Origin: Chiloscyllium plagiosum
Lineage: Eukaryota
Assembly (NCBI RefSeq): GCF_004010195.1
Contig: NC_057719.1
Span: 80,116,709-80,180,708 of the forward strand
Reading direction: 5' to 3'
Length of the DNA stretch: 64,000 bases
The position numbers were made by a program, and so were the translations under genes. The notes beneath the pieces were generated by a model, which was given only the letters and a program-made list of their open reading frames with translations, was not told the origin of the DNA and did not search any database. Positions 12,515 to 23,771 of the stretch are shown piece after piece (position 1 is the stretch's first letter; each line of letters begins with the position of its first letter).

Positions 12515-13050
12515 ATATTGTGTGCAATTTCGGTCTCCCTCCTGTAGGAAGGATGTTGTGAAACTTGAAAGCATTCAGAAAAGATTGACAACCATGTTGC
12601 CAGGGTTGGAGGGTTTGAGCTATAGGGAGGGGCTGAACAGGTTGGGGCTGTTTTCCCTGGAGCGTTGGAGGCTGAGGGGTGACCTTATAGAGGTTTATAA
12701 AATCATCAGGAGCATGGATAGGATAAATAGACAAAAGTCTTTTCCCTGGGGTGGGGGAGTCCAGAACTAGAGGGCATAGGTTTAGGGTGAAAGGGGAAAG
12801 ATTTAAAAGGGACCAAAGGGGCAACTTTTTCACACAGAGAGTGGTGCATGTATGGAATGCGCTGCCAGAGGAAATGGGTTAGGCTGGTACAATTACAACA
12901 TTTAAAAGACATCTGGATGGGTATATGAATAGGAAGGTTTTAGAGGGATATGGGCCAAGTGCTGGCAGGTGGGACTAGATTAGGTTGGGATATTTGGTGG
13001 GCATGGACGGTTTCAAATGAAGGGTCTGTTTCTGTACTGTACATCTCTAT
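12515..13050 (+). mobile_element. CR1 LINE 3' fragment
   Basis: YCVQFRSP..LESIQKRLTTMLPGLEGLSYREGLNRLGLFSLERWRLRGDLIEVYKI plus 3' UTR. Confidence 0.92.
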
Positions 13051-13144
13051 GCCTATAATTTCTTTGCTGTGAATCATTTTGGAGCATCTAATCACCATGA
13101 AAGGCACACGATGAATACAATTCCAGGTTCTGGCACATACTGAC

Positions 13145-13342
13145 CTGGGTTCAGCCTGCAGCTGATCTCCATCGCGGGTTTCCATTCTCCGTTCTCACAG
13201 GTCAGGTACTTGTAGTCTCCCTTCAGAGTGTAGCCCTCATCGCAGAAGTACTCAATGACTGTGCTGGACACAAAGCTGCCACACGGTGAGGGGTGGCACG
13301 CAAAGCCTCCATTTTCTGGTTGCAGTGGCTGCCGGCAGACTG
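13145..13342 (-). CDS. SUSD6: SUSD6 exon 3: single sushi/CCP domain with 6 Cys
   Basis: Encodes VCRQPLQPENGGFACHPSPC...VIEYFCDEGYTLKGDYKYLTCENGEWKPAMEISCRLNP. Acceptor attcccag|cag, donor CCAG|GTCAGT; 198 nt, phase 1-1. Confidence 0.97.
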
Positions 13343-14239
13343 CTGGGAATATACATAAAGAGTCATTAGCGAACATGGGAAACAGTGCATTTATGGACCT
13401 GCCCTTTCAAACGCAACCCAAAGGGCCAGACCCTGTCCCTGCTGCCCGACAGGTTAACTCACACCAAGTACCATTCATCTATCATGTTTGTGCCTGTTTA
13501 TCTATGATGTCTTGAGAGGTCCCTGCTTTCCTCCAATGGTGACCTTAGTGTTTCCCTGATTTGGAATCACTGGCAACAATGCATGCCTTGGCCCTGAGAT
13601 ATGACCATCTAAACTTCTTTGTCTCTCTTCCATTCTCCCTTCCTTTGAAAATACTCCACAAACCCCTCTGCCTGACCACACCGTTGCTCACAGTGTCCTT
13701 GGGTGACGGTCCAAGCAGCCGGATCACCACCACCTTCTTCAGGGGGTTTTGAGATGGCCAATAAACACTGGCCCAGCCAGCAACGTCCATGTTCCAGGAG
13801 TGTTTTCTTTTTTGAAAAAAATGAAAGGACGGCAGTAAAAATGGACTACGCCAAAGAATGAGAATGTGGGGAGGTGGGTTTTACAGAGTGGTTTAAAGGA
13901 TAAGAGAGCAATAAACAGAGGTGGCTTTTAAGTTATTTTTTACCAAAGCTATGTTATGCAACTATGCAAATGCAAGAAGCTGCTGATGCGAGGTTATGTG
14001 TGCATAAACTATAGTGGCTCCCATGTTTAACTTTCACCTTCAGGTGATCAACTCAGACAATGAACTAAAATCCTGCTTGGCTAGCTGATTTGGGAGATGT
14101 ATTGGATGGGCACAGTTGGGTTTTTCATTGGTGCCCAATACATCAAAATATCTACAAAAGGCCACAAAACTGGTGACTCCAGTAGGGCTTTGTGGTATTG
14201 GCCACATTGATGGGGCACAGCAGAGTCAACCGTTCCACA

Positions 14240-14912
14240 GATGTGCAGGTTCATAGTTCCTTCAAAGTGGAGTCGCAGGTAGATAGGATAGTGAAGGCGG
14301 CATTTGGTATGCTTTCCTTTATTGGTCAGAGTATTGAGTACAGGAGTTGGGAGGTCATGTTGCAGCTGTACAGGACATTGGTTAGGCCACTGTTGGATAC
14401 GAAAGAGATTGTGAAACTTGAAAGGGTTCAGAAAAGATTTACAAGGATGTTGCCAGGGTTGGAGTATTTGAGCTACAGGGAGAAGCTGAACAGGCTGGGG
14501 CTGTTTTCCCTGGAGTGTCAGAGGCTGAGGGGTGACCTTATAGAGGTTTACAAAATTATGAGGGGCATGGATAGAGTAAATAGGCAAAGTCTTTTCCCTG
14601 GGGTGGGGGAGTCCTGAACTGGAGGGCATAGGTTTAGGGTGAGAGGGGAAAGATATAAAAGAGACCTACAGGTCAACTTTTTCACACAGAGGGTGGTACG
14701 TGTATGGAATGAGCTGCCAGAGGAAGTGGTGGAGGCTGGTACAATTGCAACATTTAAGAGGCATTTGGATTGGTTTATGAATAGGAAGGGTTTGGAGGGA
14801 TATGGGCCGGATGCTGGCAGGTGGGACGAGATTGGGTTGGAATATTTGGTCGGCATGGACAGGTTGGACGGAAGGGTCTGTTTCCATGCTGTACATCTCT
14901 ATGACTCTATGT
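14240..14912 (+). mobile_element. CR1 LINE 3' fragment
   Basis: VQVHSSFKVESQVDRIVKAAFGML..LERVQKRFTRMLPGL.. ending ctctatgactctatg. Confidence 0.93.
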
Positions 14913-15680
14913 ACCCCAATTACATTGTCAGGGAACAATGTCACTGGGTGTCTGGGAGAATTGTTCTCAGAGCTAACATACCTTCACCTTGATGATAATA
15001 TGATCGACTAAAGAAACACAACTTATTGTAGACCCTTCATGAAGCTCTGAGCTATGTAGTCAGTCAACTAAGTGCAGAGAACCATTAAGTTGTGTCGATG
15101 GGAGCTGGGTGTTATGTTAACACTGGGAATGAAGCCCATGCCAAACTGAAAAGGGGCTTACTGTAGGCTGTGAAAAGTCCCTCCACTCCTGCTTCAACAG
15201 ATTGGTCCAATTCAATAAGAGATTTGGTGCCCTGCAATATTAACAGGGCCCTGGTTGCCACTGTAGTTCTGAGTAATTGAAGTTTATGGCACATTCACTC
15301 CAACCAGTCCCAGGGGACGTAGAATTAATAAGGTCCAATAAATTTGGAATTAATTTTTGTGGATCTCTATGGGGAGGAGTAAATAATCTAGACAGCTGCC
15401 CTACCGTGACAAAAAAACCTATTCAACTGAAACCTCCTTTCACGGCTTGGTTCACTACCCCAAAAGGTAATGGTGGCATGAAACCACCTCGATGGTTCTC
15501 TGCAGGCGTCCTGTAAGACCTCAGGATGAGGCCAGTTCCTCAGATGCATGAGGTGAGGTGGGGTTGAGGGGGTGGGGTGGAGATAGAGGAGGGTGCAACT
15601 AACGGGCTCTCCCAAGTCAAATGCCATGGACCCAATTGATGAGTTGTGCAGGGCAGGGGCATGACATGGTTCCAGGAGAT

Positions 15681-16005
15681 TTTAGATTAGATTAGATTAC
15701 TTACAGTGTGGAAACAGGCCCTTTAACCCAACAAGTCCAAACCGACCTGCCAAAGAGCAACCCACCCAGACCCATTCCCCTACATTTACCCCTTCACCTA
15801 ACACTACAGGCAATTTAGCATGGCCAATTCACCTAACCCACACATTTTTGGACTGTGGGAGGAAACCGGAGCACCCGGAGGAAACCCACGCAGACTCAGG
15901 GATAACGTCCAAACTCCACACAGTCAGTCGCCTGAGGCAGGAATTGAACCCGGGTCTCTGGCGCTGTGAGGCAGCAGTGCTAACCACTGAGCCACCATGC
16001 CGCCC
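15681..16005 (-). mobile_element. HE1-like V-SINE, full length, with (TCTAA)n tail
   Basis: Reverse complement of the head, V-domain and tail. A tail-only copy lies at about 960-1050. Confidence 0.9.
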
Positions 16006-16617
16006 ACATTTTGGACACATGGGGAGACATCTGGTAAGATTTCCCAAACCGTCAACCCACAAGTCCTCCTCCCATCACCCCTTCAAGAACCAGGATACAA
16101 CTTGGAGGGAACGTTCTTCACAACATCCTGGTTACCATGCCAACCATAACCGGGTGACAAGCCCGGCATCCAATTGTTGTTGTGGGAGCTTGCTGTGCAC
16201 AAATTAGCTCTTATGTTTCCTTCGCTATAACTTCAACACTACTGCATTGCCTGTCAAGTGCTTTTGGGAATCCTGAGGTCACAAACAGCACTAAATGATT
16301 GACAGCTCTATTGTACTGCAGATACTAAACAGCAATACAGTCACCGTGGCAACAGCCAAAAGACTCATTCTGTTCAGGTACTGTTCAATTATGTCATCAA
16401 TCCACTGGTATTTATTCAGCATCAAGAAACTAATCTACATTCCAGCGACAGAACAATGATGTTCGACAATAATATCACTAATGAAGCATCAACACAATTA
16501 ATGCTGAGCTGCTGGGAATGGAGATCACAGAGAGAACCGCCCAAAGACAGTATGAACCCCCTCCGGCAGCACCTACTGACCATACCCTCTCAGGCTTTCT
16601 CACAGTGCCCAATGCCA

Positions 16618-17360
16618 TGTTAATCCAGTTCCCTCACACTGTCACTCAGTAACCCCTCTCCCCTAGCACCCTGTGTTACTGACTGTATCTCTCCTGATGT
16701 TAATCCAGCTCCCTCACACTGTCACTCAGTAACCCCTCTCCCCTAGCACCCTGTGTTAATGACTGTATCTCTCCTGATGTTAATCCAGNNNNNNNNNNNN
16801 NNNNNNNNNNNNNNNNNNNNNNNNNNNNNNNNNNNNNNNNNNNNNNNNNNNNNNNNNNNNNNNNNNNNNNNNNNNNNNNNNNNNNNNNNNNNNNNNNNNN
16901 NNNNNNNNNNNNNNNNNNNNNNNNNNNNNNNNNNNNNNNNNNNNNNNNNNNNNNNNNNNNNNNNNNNNNNNNNNNNNNNNNNNNNNNNNNNNNNNNNNNN
17001 NNNNNNNNNNNNNNNNNNNNNNNNNNNNNNNNNNNNNNNNNNNNNNNNNNNNNNNNNNNNNNNNNNNNNNNNNTCAGTAACCCCTCTCCCCCCCCAGCGC
17101 CCTGTGTTACTGACTGTATCCCTACTGATGTTAATCCAGCTCCCTCACACTCACTCAGTAATCCCTCGCCCCAGCGCCCTGTGTTACTGACTGTATCCCT
17201 ACTGATGTTAATCCAGCTCCCTCACACTCACTCAGTAACCCCTCTCCCCCCCAGCGCCCTGTGTTACTGACTGTATCTCTCCTGACATTAATCCGGTTCC
17301 CTCACACAGTCACCCCTCTCCCCCCAGCGCCCTGTGTTACTGACTGTATCTCTCCTGATG
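16618..17360. repeat. Minisatellite, unit about 75-80 bp, spanning assembly gap 16789-17073
   Basis: tgttaatccag recurs at 16618, 16698, 16778, 17129 and 17206. Confidence 0.95.
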
Positions 17361-18479
17361 ATAAGCCCAGCCCCTTCGATCCTGTGAGATTCAGATTTAT
17401 TTTATTGATCCTGTTTAGAAAATTGTGGAACAGATGAGCCTGGACCTCCCAGCTCAGTGGTAAGGTCATGACCAGTGCATCACAACAGCCCTCCTGTGAG
17501 ATGTTATGGTTGGGTTTAATCCCAATGGGGAAAAAAAGCACCAATTATAGGCTGTCCAAATTGCTTATTCTTTTTCCCAATCCTCCTGTGCATTCATTCA
17601 TTCACTCATACATGCTCTCTCACAAACAAATATGCACATACACACACACACTCCGCCCAGATATGGTGGAAGGTCAAAGGCAGTATCATTGTGTTCACTA
17701 TCATTTCCAAGGCAGAACCACATTTGGAATGGACAATATTTCTTCATTTCTTCCCCCCCGATTTTCCTCCAATGGGTTTTTTATGCCCCCTCCTCCATCT
17801 CATTATTGATACAACTATGTCCTGCTTGGTCACATTACTGTAGGTTTGTGATCACATGTAGACCAGACCAGGTAAGGGTGACACATTTCTCCCGCAAAGT
17901 ATACTCAAGGAACTTCCGGGTTCTCCCTCCTGCTCACCACCTCTGAGCCTACCTCTCAATTTAACCTATTGATTTTAAAATGTTATCGCAACCACTGGCT
18001 GACTTCCTGCAGAAGGTCAGATCTCCAAATTAATCAATTAGCAGCATTGTAGTTATGGTGCCTGTCCCAGACAATACAACAGTGATCTCAGGCAGTTGTT
18101 TGAACACTTTCTGAGTGCCAGAAGGGTTAATAATAGCAGCAGGCCCTGACAGCTGCAACATTCCTCTCCAGAGTATGCCCTTTAGTGGAATGTCCATTGT
18201 TGCAGGATGATCAGAGGAGACAAACAATTGTAACAACAGAATAGACACGGTCATGAACTCACCCTGACTTTACCTGAAACAGCAATAGACTGTGTGGGGA
18301 AAGGAGCAGAAAGAGAGAGAGAGAGATTGAACAACAAGAAAAGGAGAGCGAGAGAGTCAGAGTGAGGGCGAGAGAGGAAACACAACTGTGACAGACACAG
18401 ATGTATACACATGGAAGAAGTAGGACATAGACATAAGGGGCAGGCAGGGCAGAGAAAGTGAAGGAGAATTACAGATGCA

Positions 18480-18894
18480 TGCGTACACACACACACACAC
18501 ACACTCATATGTACACACACAAACACTAACATGTATATACACGCACACACAAACACACACGTGTATATACAAACACTCACAGGTACTCACACGTACATAC
18601 ACACACACTCACACGTACAAACGCACAAACACTCACACGTACAAACACACACACGTACAAACACGTGCAAACACACACACAAACACACATGTATATACAA
18701 AAACAAACACTCAGGTACATACACGCACACAAACACTTACACATACAAACACATACACACAAACACTCACATGTACAAACATACACACAAACACACGTGT
18801 ATATACAAACACAAACACTTACACGTACACACACACAAACATGTATATACAAACACAAACACTCTCAGGTACACACACACAAACACTCACACAT

Positions 18895-18925
<31 letters not shown>

Positions 18926-18940
18926 CACACACGCAAACGC
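18480..18940. repeat. Compound (CA)-rich microsatellite
   Basis: Degenerate acacac/acaaac/gtac repeats. Confidence 0.95.
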
Positions 18941-19727
18941 ATAGAAATGAGTGTCTAGATGGCAAGAATCTGACGGAGAAAGAGACAAGCACAAAGGAGA
19001 GAGCTTAATGAGACCAAGGTAGAGGAGGAGAGTAAAAGGACAGTGCATGGCAACGAGTGAAAAGAGATAAAACTGAAATAAGTGTGAAGGCTGGAAATCA
19101 GAAACAAACAGCGGAATTGCTGGAAAGACTCAGCAGGTCTGAGAATACATCTCTGAACCAGCTTAACTGCATCACATCCAATTCCGAAACACAGTCACTG
19201 TTGCAACATAAATATAAGCCAGACGATCAGTGTCGAACAATAGCCCACAAACAGTAACACGAAAATGATCAGACGGCCTGTGTTTTGATGACGGTGGTCA
19301 TTGGCACGATGCCAGGGAAACTCTCCTGCCGTGAAGGTAGGTAGGCAAACTGACAGCTACACAGACAGAGGCAGAGGCGCGGTCCCCACGCAGACTGAAT
19401 GAGGGTTTAACAAAAGTACAAAGCTGTGGTTTGGTTAGTTTTGCGACTTGCCAACTCCCCAGTGAATCATCTGAGGATTACACAAAAGACTTTGTCACAA
19501 AATATTGGAAGTGGCTGGATTACTACACCGTGTAAGGATAATCAGCTCTTTGTGCTGACCCACACAGGGAATGCAATCGCGTCCCCTATTTAAACCCAAC
19601 TTCAGTAAAGTCAGAGAGAATAGAAAACAATGGGCTCAGCAGCAAGAGGAGCCTGACTGCAGGGAAGTGAGACAAAATTGCCCCCTCAGGAAGAGACTCG
19701 GTGAAAGGGAAAGATTGTCTCAAAGTT

Positions 19728-20215
19728 ATAGAGTCATACAGCATGGAAACAGACCCTTCGGTCCAACCAGTCCACACTGACCATAATCCCAAACTAAACT
19801 AGCCATACCTGCCTATCTCTCCAAACATTCCTTACTCATGTACTTATCTAAGAGACATTTAAACGTTGTAACACATCCACCACTTCCTCTGCAATGTTAT
19901 TCCACACATGAATCAGTGTGTGTAAAAGAAAATTGCCCCTTGTGTCTTTTTTAAATCTTCTCTCAGCTTAAAAATATGCCCTCAGGCTTGACCCTAGGAA
20001 AAGAGAATCTGCCATTCACCTTATCTATACCCCTCAGCATTTTATAAACCTCGATAAGGGGGTTACCCCTCAGCCTCCTACACCCCAGGAGTGTAAAAAA
20101 AGTCCCGGCCTATCCAGCCTTTCCTGATGTCTCAAAACCCTCCATTCCCAGCAACATCCCAGTAAATCTCTTGTGAACCCTCTCCAACTTTAATAATATC
20201 CTTGCTATAACAGGG
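19728..20215 (-). mobile_element. CR1 LINE 3' fragment; short tail copy at about 22500-22590
   Basis: Reverse complement of the CR1 tail (atagagtcatacagcatggaaacagaccc); LKLERVHKRFTGML. Confidence 0.88.
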
Positions 20216-22659
20216 CATTCCGAATTGAGGAAAGTAATCACTAACCGCCATTTAAAAGCTGGAGACAAAACTCTGACATTCCATTCCCAGAGGAAAAACG
20301 GCCCAATGGGAAACAAAAAGCTCTTAGCTTTCCAGCCCTTTCTTCCCCTACCAAATAACTCCAAAAGGACATCACGTCCTTACAGAAGGAAAGGATCAGC
20401 CAGTGCAGGAGGGGTATCAGTACAGAGTCAGTGAAAGCATCCTACACACCAAACGTCAGATAATAGCAGGCACAACAATACTTACATAGCGCCTTGAACT
20501 CCATAGCATTGTCTCACAGGACAACATGGTAGTTAAAGCAAATTTTGATCTGGAGACACAACGGCTTGGGCAGGGGCTAGGGTTTAGACCTTTTGAAAGA
20601 GCTTTGATAAGCACTGTACCATTGCATGATCAGCTCATGATTAAGGTGTATGGTCAGATGATAAACAGAAGAATACATAGCAAGCAGGCTACACTGGAAA
20701 GGAGAGAGACTGAGTCAGGGCAAAGGGCTTCTAATTTCATTTGATTTGATTTAATTTTAAACATACTAAATCAGCACTTGGCTTAAATTCATCATTCCAG
20801 CCAGTGGAATTTACAAGGACAGGACATGAAAGACCATTGCCTTAAAGGGAGAGAGGGAGCAGATGAGGTTTGGGAGGATTTTCTGTAGTTTAGGGAGGAA
20901 TTTCTTTAGATGAGGTCATCTACTGTTGAAGGCATAGCCACCAATGGTGGGTCGGTGAAAATCACCAGAAGGTGAGAAACAAAACAGTCTCAGACAGTTT
21001 TGGGTTTCGGAGATCAGGAGGAACGGAGGTACAGACTAAACTGACCTGTCTAGGAGCCAGCTGTAGGCTGGAATACAAATCTCTCCTTCTCAGCTTCCAA
21101 GCCTGGCATCTGTTTTCAACTCGGGAAATGCTGAGTCGGTGCCAAGGATAGGTTTCCTGCAGGCCCGTGCGAATCCCTCTGCAGTTCGAGATGCTCGAGT
21201 GAGTGCATCACGCTCACCTTAGGACTTCGCCCACCATCCTGTTTGCTTTCTGTGCCAAATCACCACAGCAACAGTAACGACACTTCAAAGCAATTTATCT
21301 GATGCCCAAGGCATCCCCCAACTTGAAAGACACAAAGGAAGCGTAATGCATCTTCTCTCTCGTTAACTCTGCCTCAGAATCCTAGCTGTGAAGCAGTTTT
21401 TAAATGGACTCAGTCCCCCTTCATTCTCAACAGCAGTTAGAAGCAGAGGAACTGAAGGATGTCCTTCAGCCCCTCAGGTCTGTTCTAGCTCACAACGGGA
21501 CCAAAGATTATCTATCCCTCAGCTCCATTTTCCTAACCTATTGATAACTTCTGCCATTTTCAATTGACACAACGATCCAATGACTTAGCTCCAGGTTTCC
21601 ATTAACCTTTGAGTGAAACTAAAATCAAATTGTCGATCCTGGGATCAGCTACATCCATTCGTTTATTGCAAATCCTGTTTTCTAACAACCCGGATACATC
21701 CTCTGGTGTAAAGTGACGTTCCACCCTCACCGGCCTCCAGGACAAATTGGGTAGATAAAGAGAAACTATCAAATGCTTCAACCATCTTAAACGTCTCAGT
21801 TAAGTCAATCTGCAATCTTTGGATCTGTCTGCTCACGCCAGTGTACTCCTTACTGAGCATGTTCACACTAATAAGCAGAGTTTTGAAAATTAAAAGCAGT
21901 ACGTTGTTTAATAACTTATTTCTGTATTCTGATGTAATTAAAATTATACTAATTGGTATTTGTAACTATATTTATAAGATATAGCACTATTTATGCCGAT
22001 CAACCTTAATCACTTATACTGGAAGAAATACAAAGCTAGTCTTGATGAACCTGACCTCATCATTTAAGGCATCTATGAAAGTATAGGATTTGTGAATCTC
22101 TGGTTCTAGACTTCTGCCAAACACATGCAGAATTGGCACATGAATATTGACCACTTTAGTATAATAGAAGTTGCTGCCCATTGGGAGATATAGATAACTA
22201 GGAAATAGCAGGTTGTGCTTTCGACAAAATATGGTGCTGCAACGCACTAGGGTGTTTTTGACTTCACTTGGCTTGAACTCATCATTCCAGCCCGCGGAAT
22301 TCACAAGGACAGGAAGTGAAATGGAACACTAGCACTCCAGTCACATACCACCCTGGCTTAGAAACGTATACTGAACTTCAAGGCCTTGTAGTGAAATCCT
22401 CGTTTTCACAACTTCTCCATTGTTTCACAGCCGCTCCGATCTCTGGAGCCTCCTGCAGTCCCACAGCTCTGCGAGATCTCAGGGTTTTGTTAACTCTGGC
22501 ATAGAGACGTACAGCATGGAAACAGACCCTTCAGTCCAACTCATCCACGCCGACTAGATATCCTAACCTAACCTAGTCCCATTTGCCTCTCTAACCAAGC
22601 AATATCTCTTTACGAGGCACATTTTGTTCTAAAAATGCTTCGCGAGACTCCTCGGAACT

Positions 22660-23210
22660 CTTTTTTAATCCACTCATCAGACATCAGTGTCATTGGTTTT
22701 GTCCAACATTTATTGCCTGTTCCCTAATTGTCCCTGAGAGGGTGAGCTGCCTTCTTGAATACCTACATCCCATGCGCAGTAGGCAGATCCACAGTGCCAC
22801 TAGGGAAGGAATTCTGGGATTTGGAGAGTGAAGGAACAGCGGTATATTTCCAAGACAGCATGGTGAGTGGCCTGGAGGGAAACTGGATGGTGGTAGTGTT
22901 CCCATCTATCTGCTGCCCTTGTCCTTCTAGAGGAAAGTGGTTGTGGGTTTGGAAGGTGCTGAAGAGTTTTGGTGGATTGCATTGTGTAGTTGGTACACAC
23001 TGCTGCTGCTACTGAGTGTTGGCATTAGGAGGGGCTGGATGTACATGGATGTGGTCCCAAACAACTGGGCTGCTTTATCCTGGATGGCGTCAATCTTCTT
23101 GAGTGTTGCTGGAGGTGCACTCACCCGGGGCAGTGGGGAGTGTTCCATCACCTTCCTGACTTGTGCCTTGTAGATGGTGGACAGGCTTTGGAGAGTCAAG
23201 AGGTGAGTAA
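22660..23210 (-). mobile_element. LINE 3' end of a second CR1/L2-group family
   Basis: LSTIYKAQVRKVMEHSPL..LKKIDAIQDKAAQL followed by a tail shared with the SINE at 51080. Confidence 0.8.
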
Positions 23211-23233
23211 AAGTGCTATATGAATATATGACG

Positions 23234-23406
23234 TGGAGGTGCCGGTGTTGGACTGGGGTATACAAAGTTACAAATCACACAACAGCAGGTTATAGTCCAA
23301 CAGGTTTATTTAGAAGCACTAGCTTTCGGAGCGACGCTCCCTCATCAGGTAGCTACTCCCAAATAAATCTGTTGGACTATAACCTGGTGTTGTGTGATTT
23401 TTAACT
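23234..23406. mobile_element. Short inverted-repeat element, Penelope-type family B
   Basis: aatcacacaac..ggttatagtccaacag is inverted against ctgttggactataacctggtgttgtgtgatt, with a hammerhead core between the arms. Confidence 0.7.
23317..23351 (-). ncRNA. Minimal type-I hammerhead ribozyme motif (Penelope-type family B)
   Basis: Minus strand reads TAC-CTGATGA-G-GGAGC-GTC-GCTCC-GAAA-GC-TA-GTG. Both core boxes are intact, stem II is 5 bp, stem I is 3 bp and stem III is the palindrome AGCU. Confidence 0.6.
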
Positions 23407-23575
23407 ATATAAGTTGTTTGGTCAAAGGGGTGCTTATGGCACATGGACTACAGCGGTTAAAGGGGCAGCTCACCACCACCACCTTCTTGAGGGCAACTGG
23501 AGATGTGCAACTAAAGTTGATCTTGCCAGCATGTGGCATCAACATGCTGAGGTCTAATTAAAAAAAATAAATATT

Positions 23576-23771
23576 TGGAGATGCTGGTGTTGGACTGGGG
23601 TGTTAAAGTTAAAAATCACACAACACCAGGTTACAGTCCAACAGGTTTAATTGGAAGCACTAGCTTTCGGAGCGACGATCACAACCACCTGATGAAGGAG
23701 CGGCGCTCCAAAAGCTAGTGCTTCCAAATAAACCTGTTGGACTATAATCTGGTGCTGTGTGATTTTTAACT
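23576..23771. mobile_element. Short inverted-repeat element, Penelope-type family B
   Basis: About 68-nt arms at 23607-23674 and 23704-23771; core CTGATGA at 23689-23695; flanking direct repeat aaaaaaataaat. Confidence 0.75.

Noticed and set aside
16618..17360. CRISPR-like array
   Set aside because: Units are contiguous tandem copies with no unique spacers, there are no cas genes, and the context is vertebrate.
18251..19008. Long His/Thr- or Cys/Val-rich ORFs
   Set aside because: These are translations of the (CA)n microsatellite. The same applies to ORFs at 10139-10572, 29970-30547 and 33354-33956.
20775..20831. C/D box snoRNA (AUGAUGA...CUGA on minus)
   Set aside because: CUGA is only 14 nt from the C box, and the second copy has no D box.
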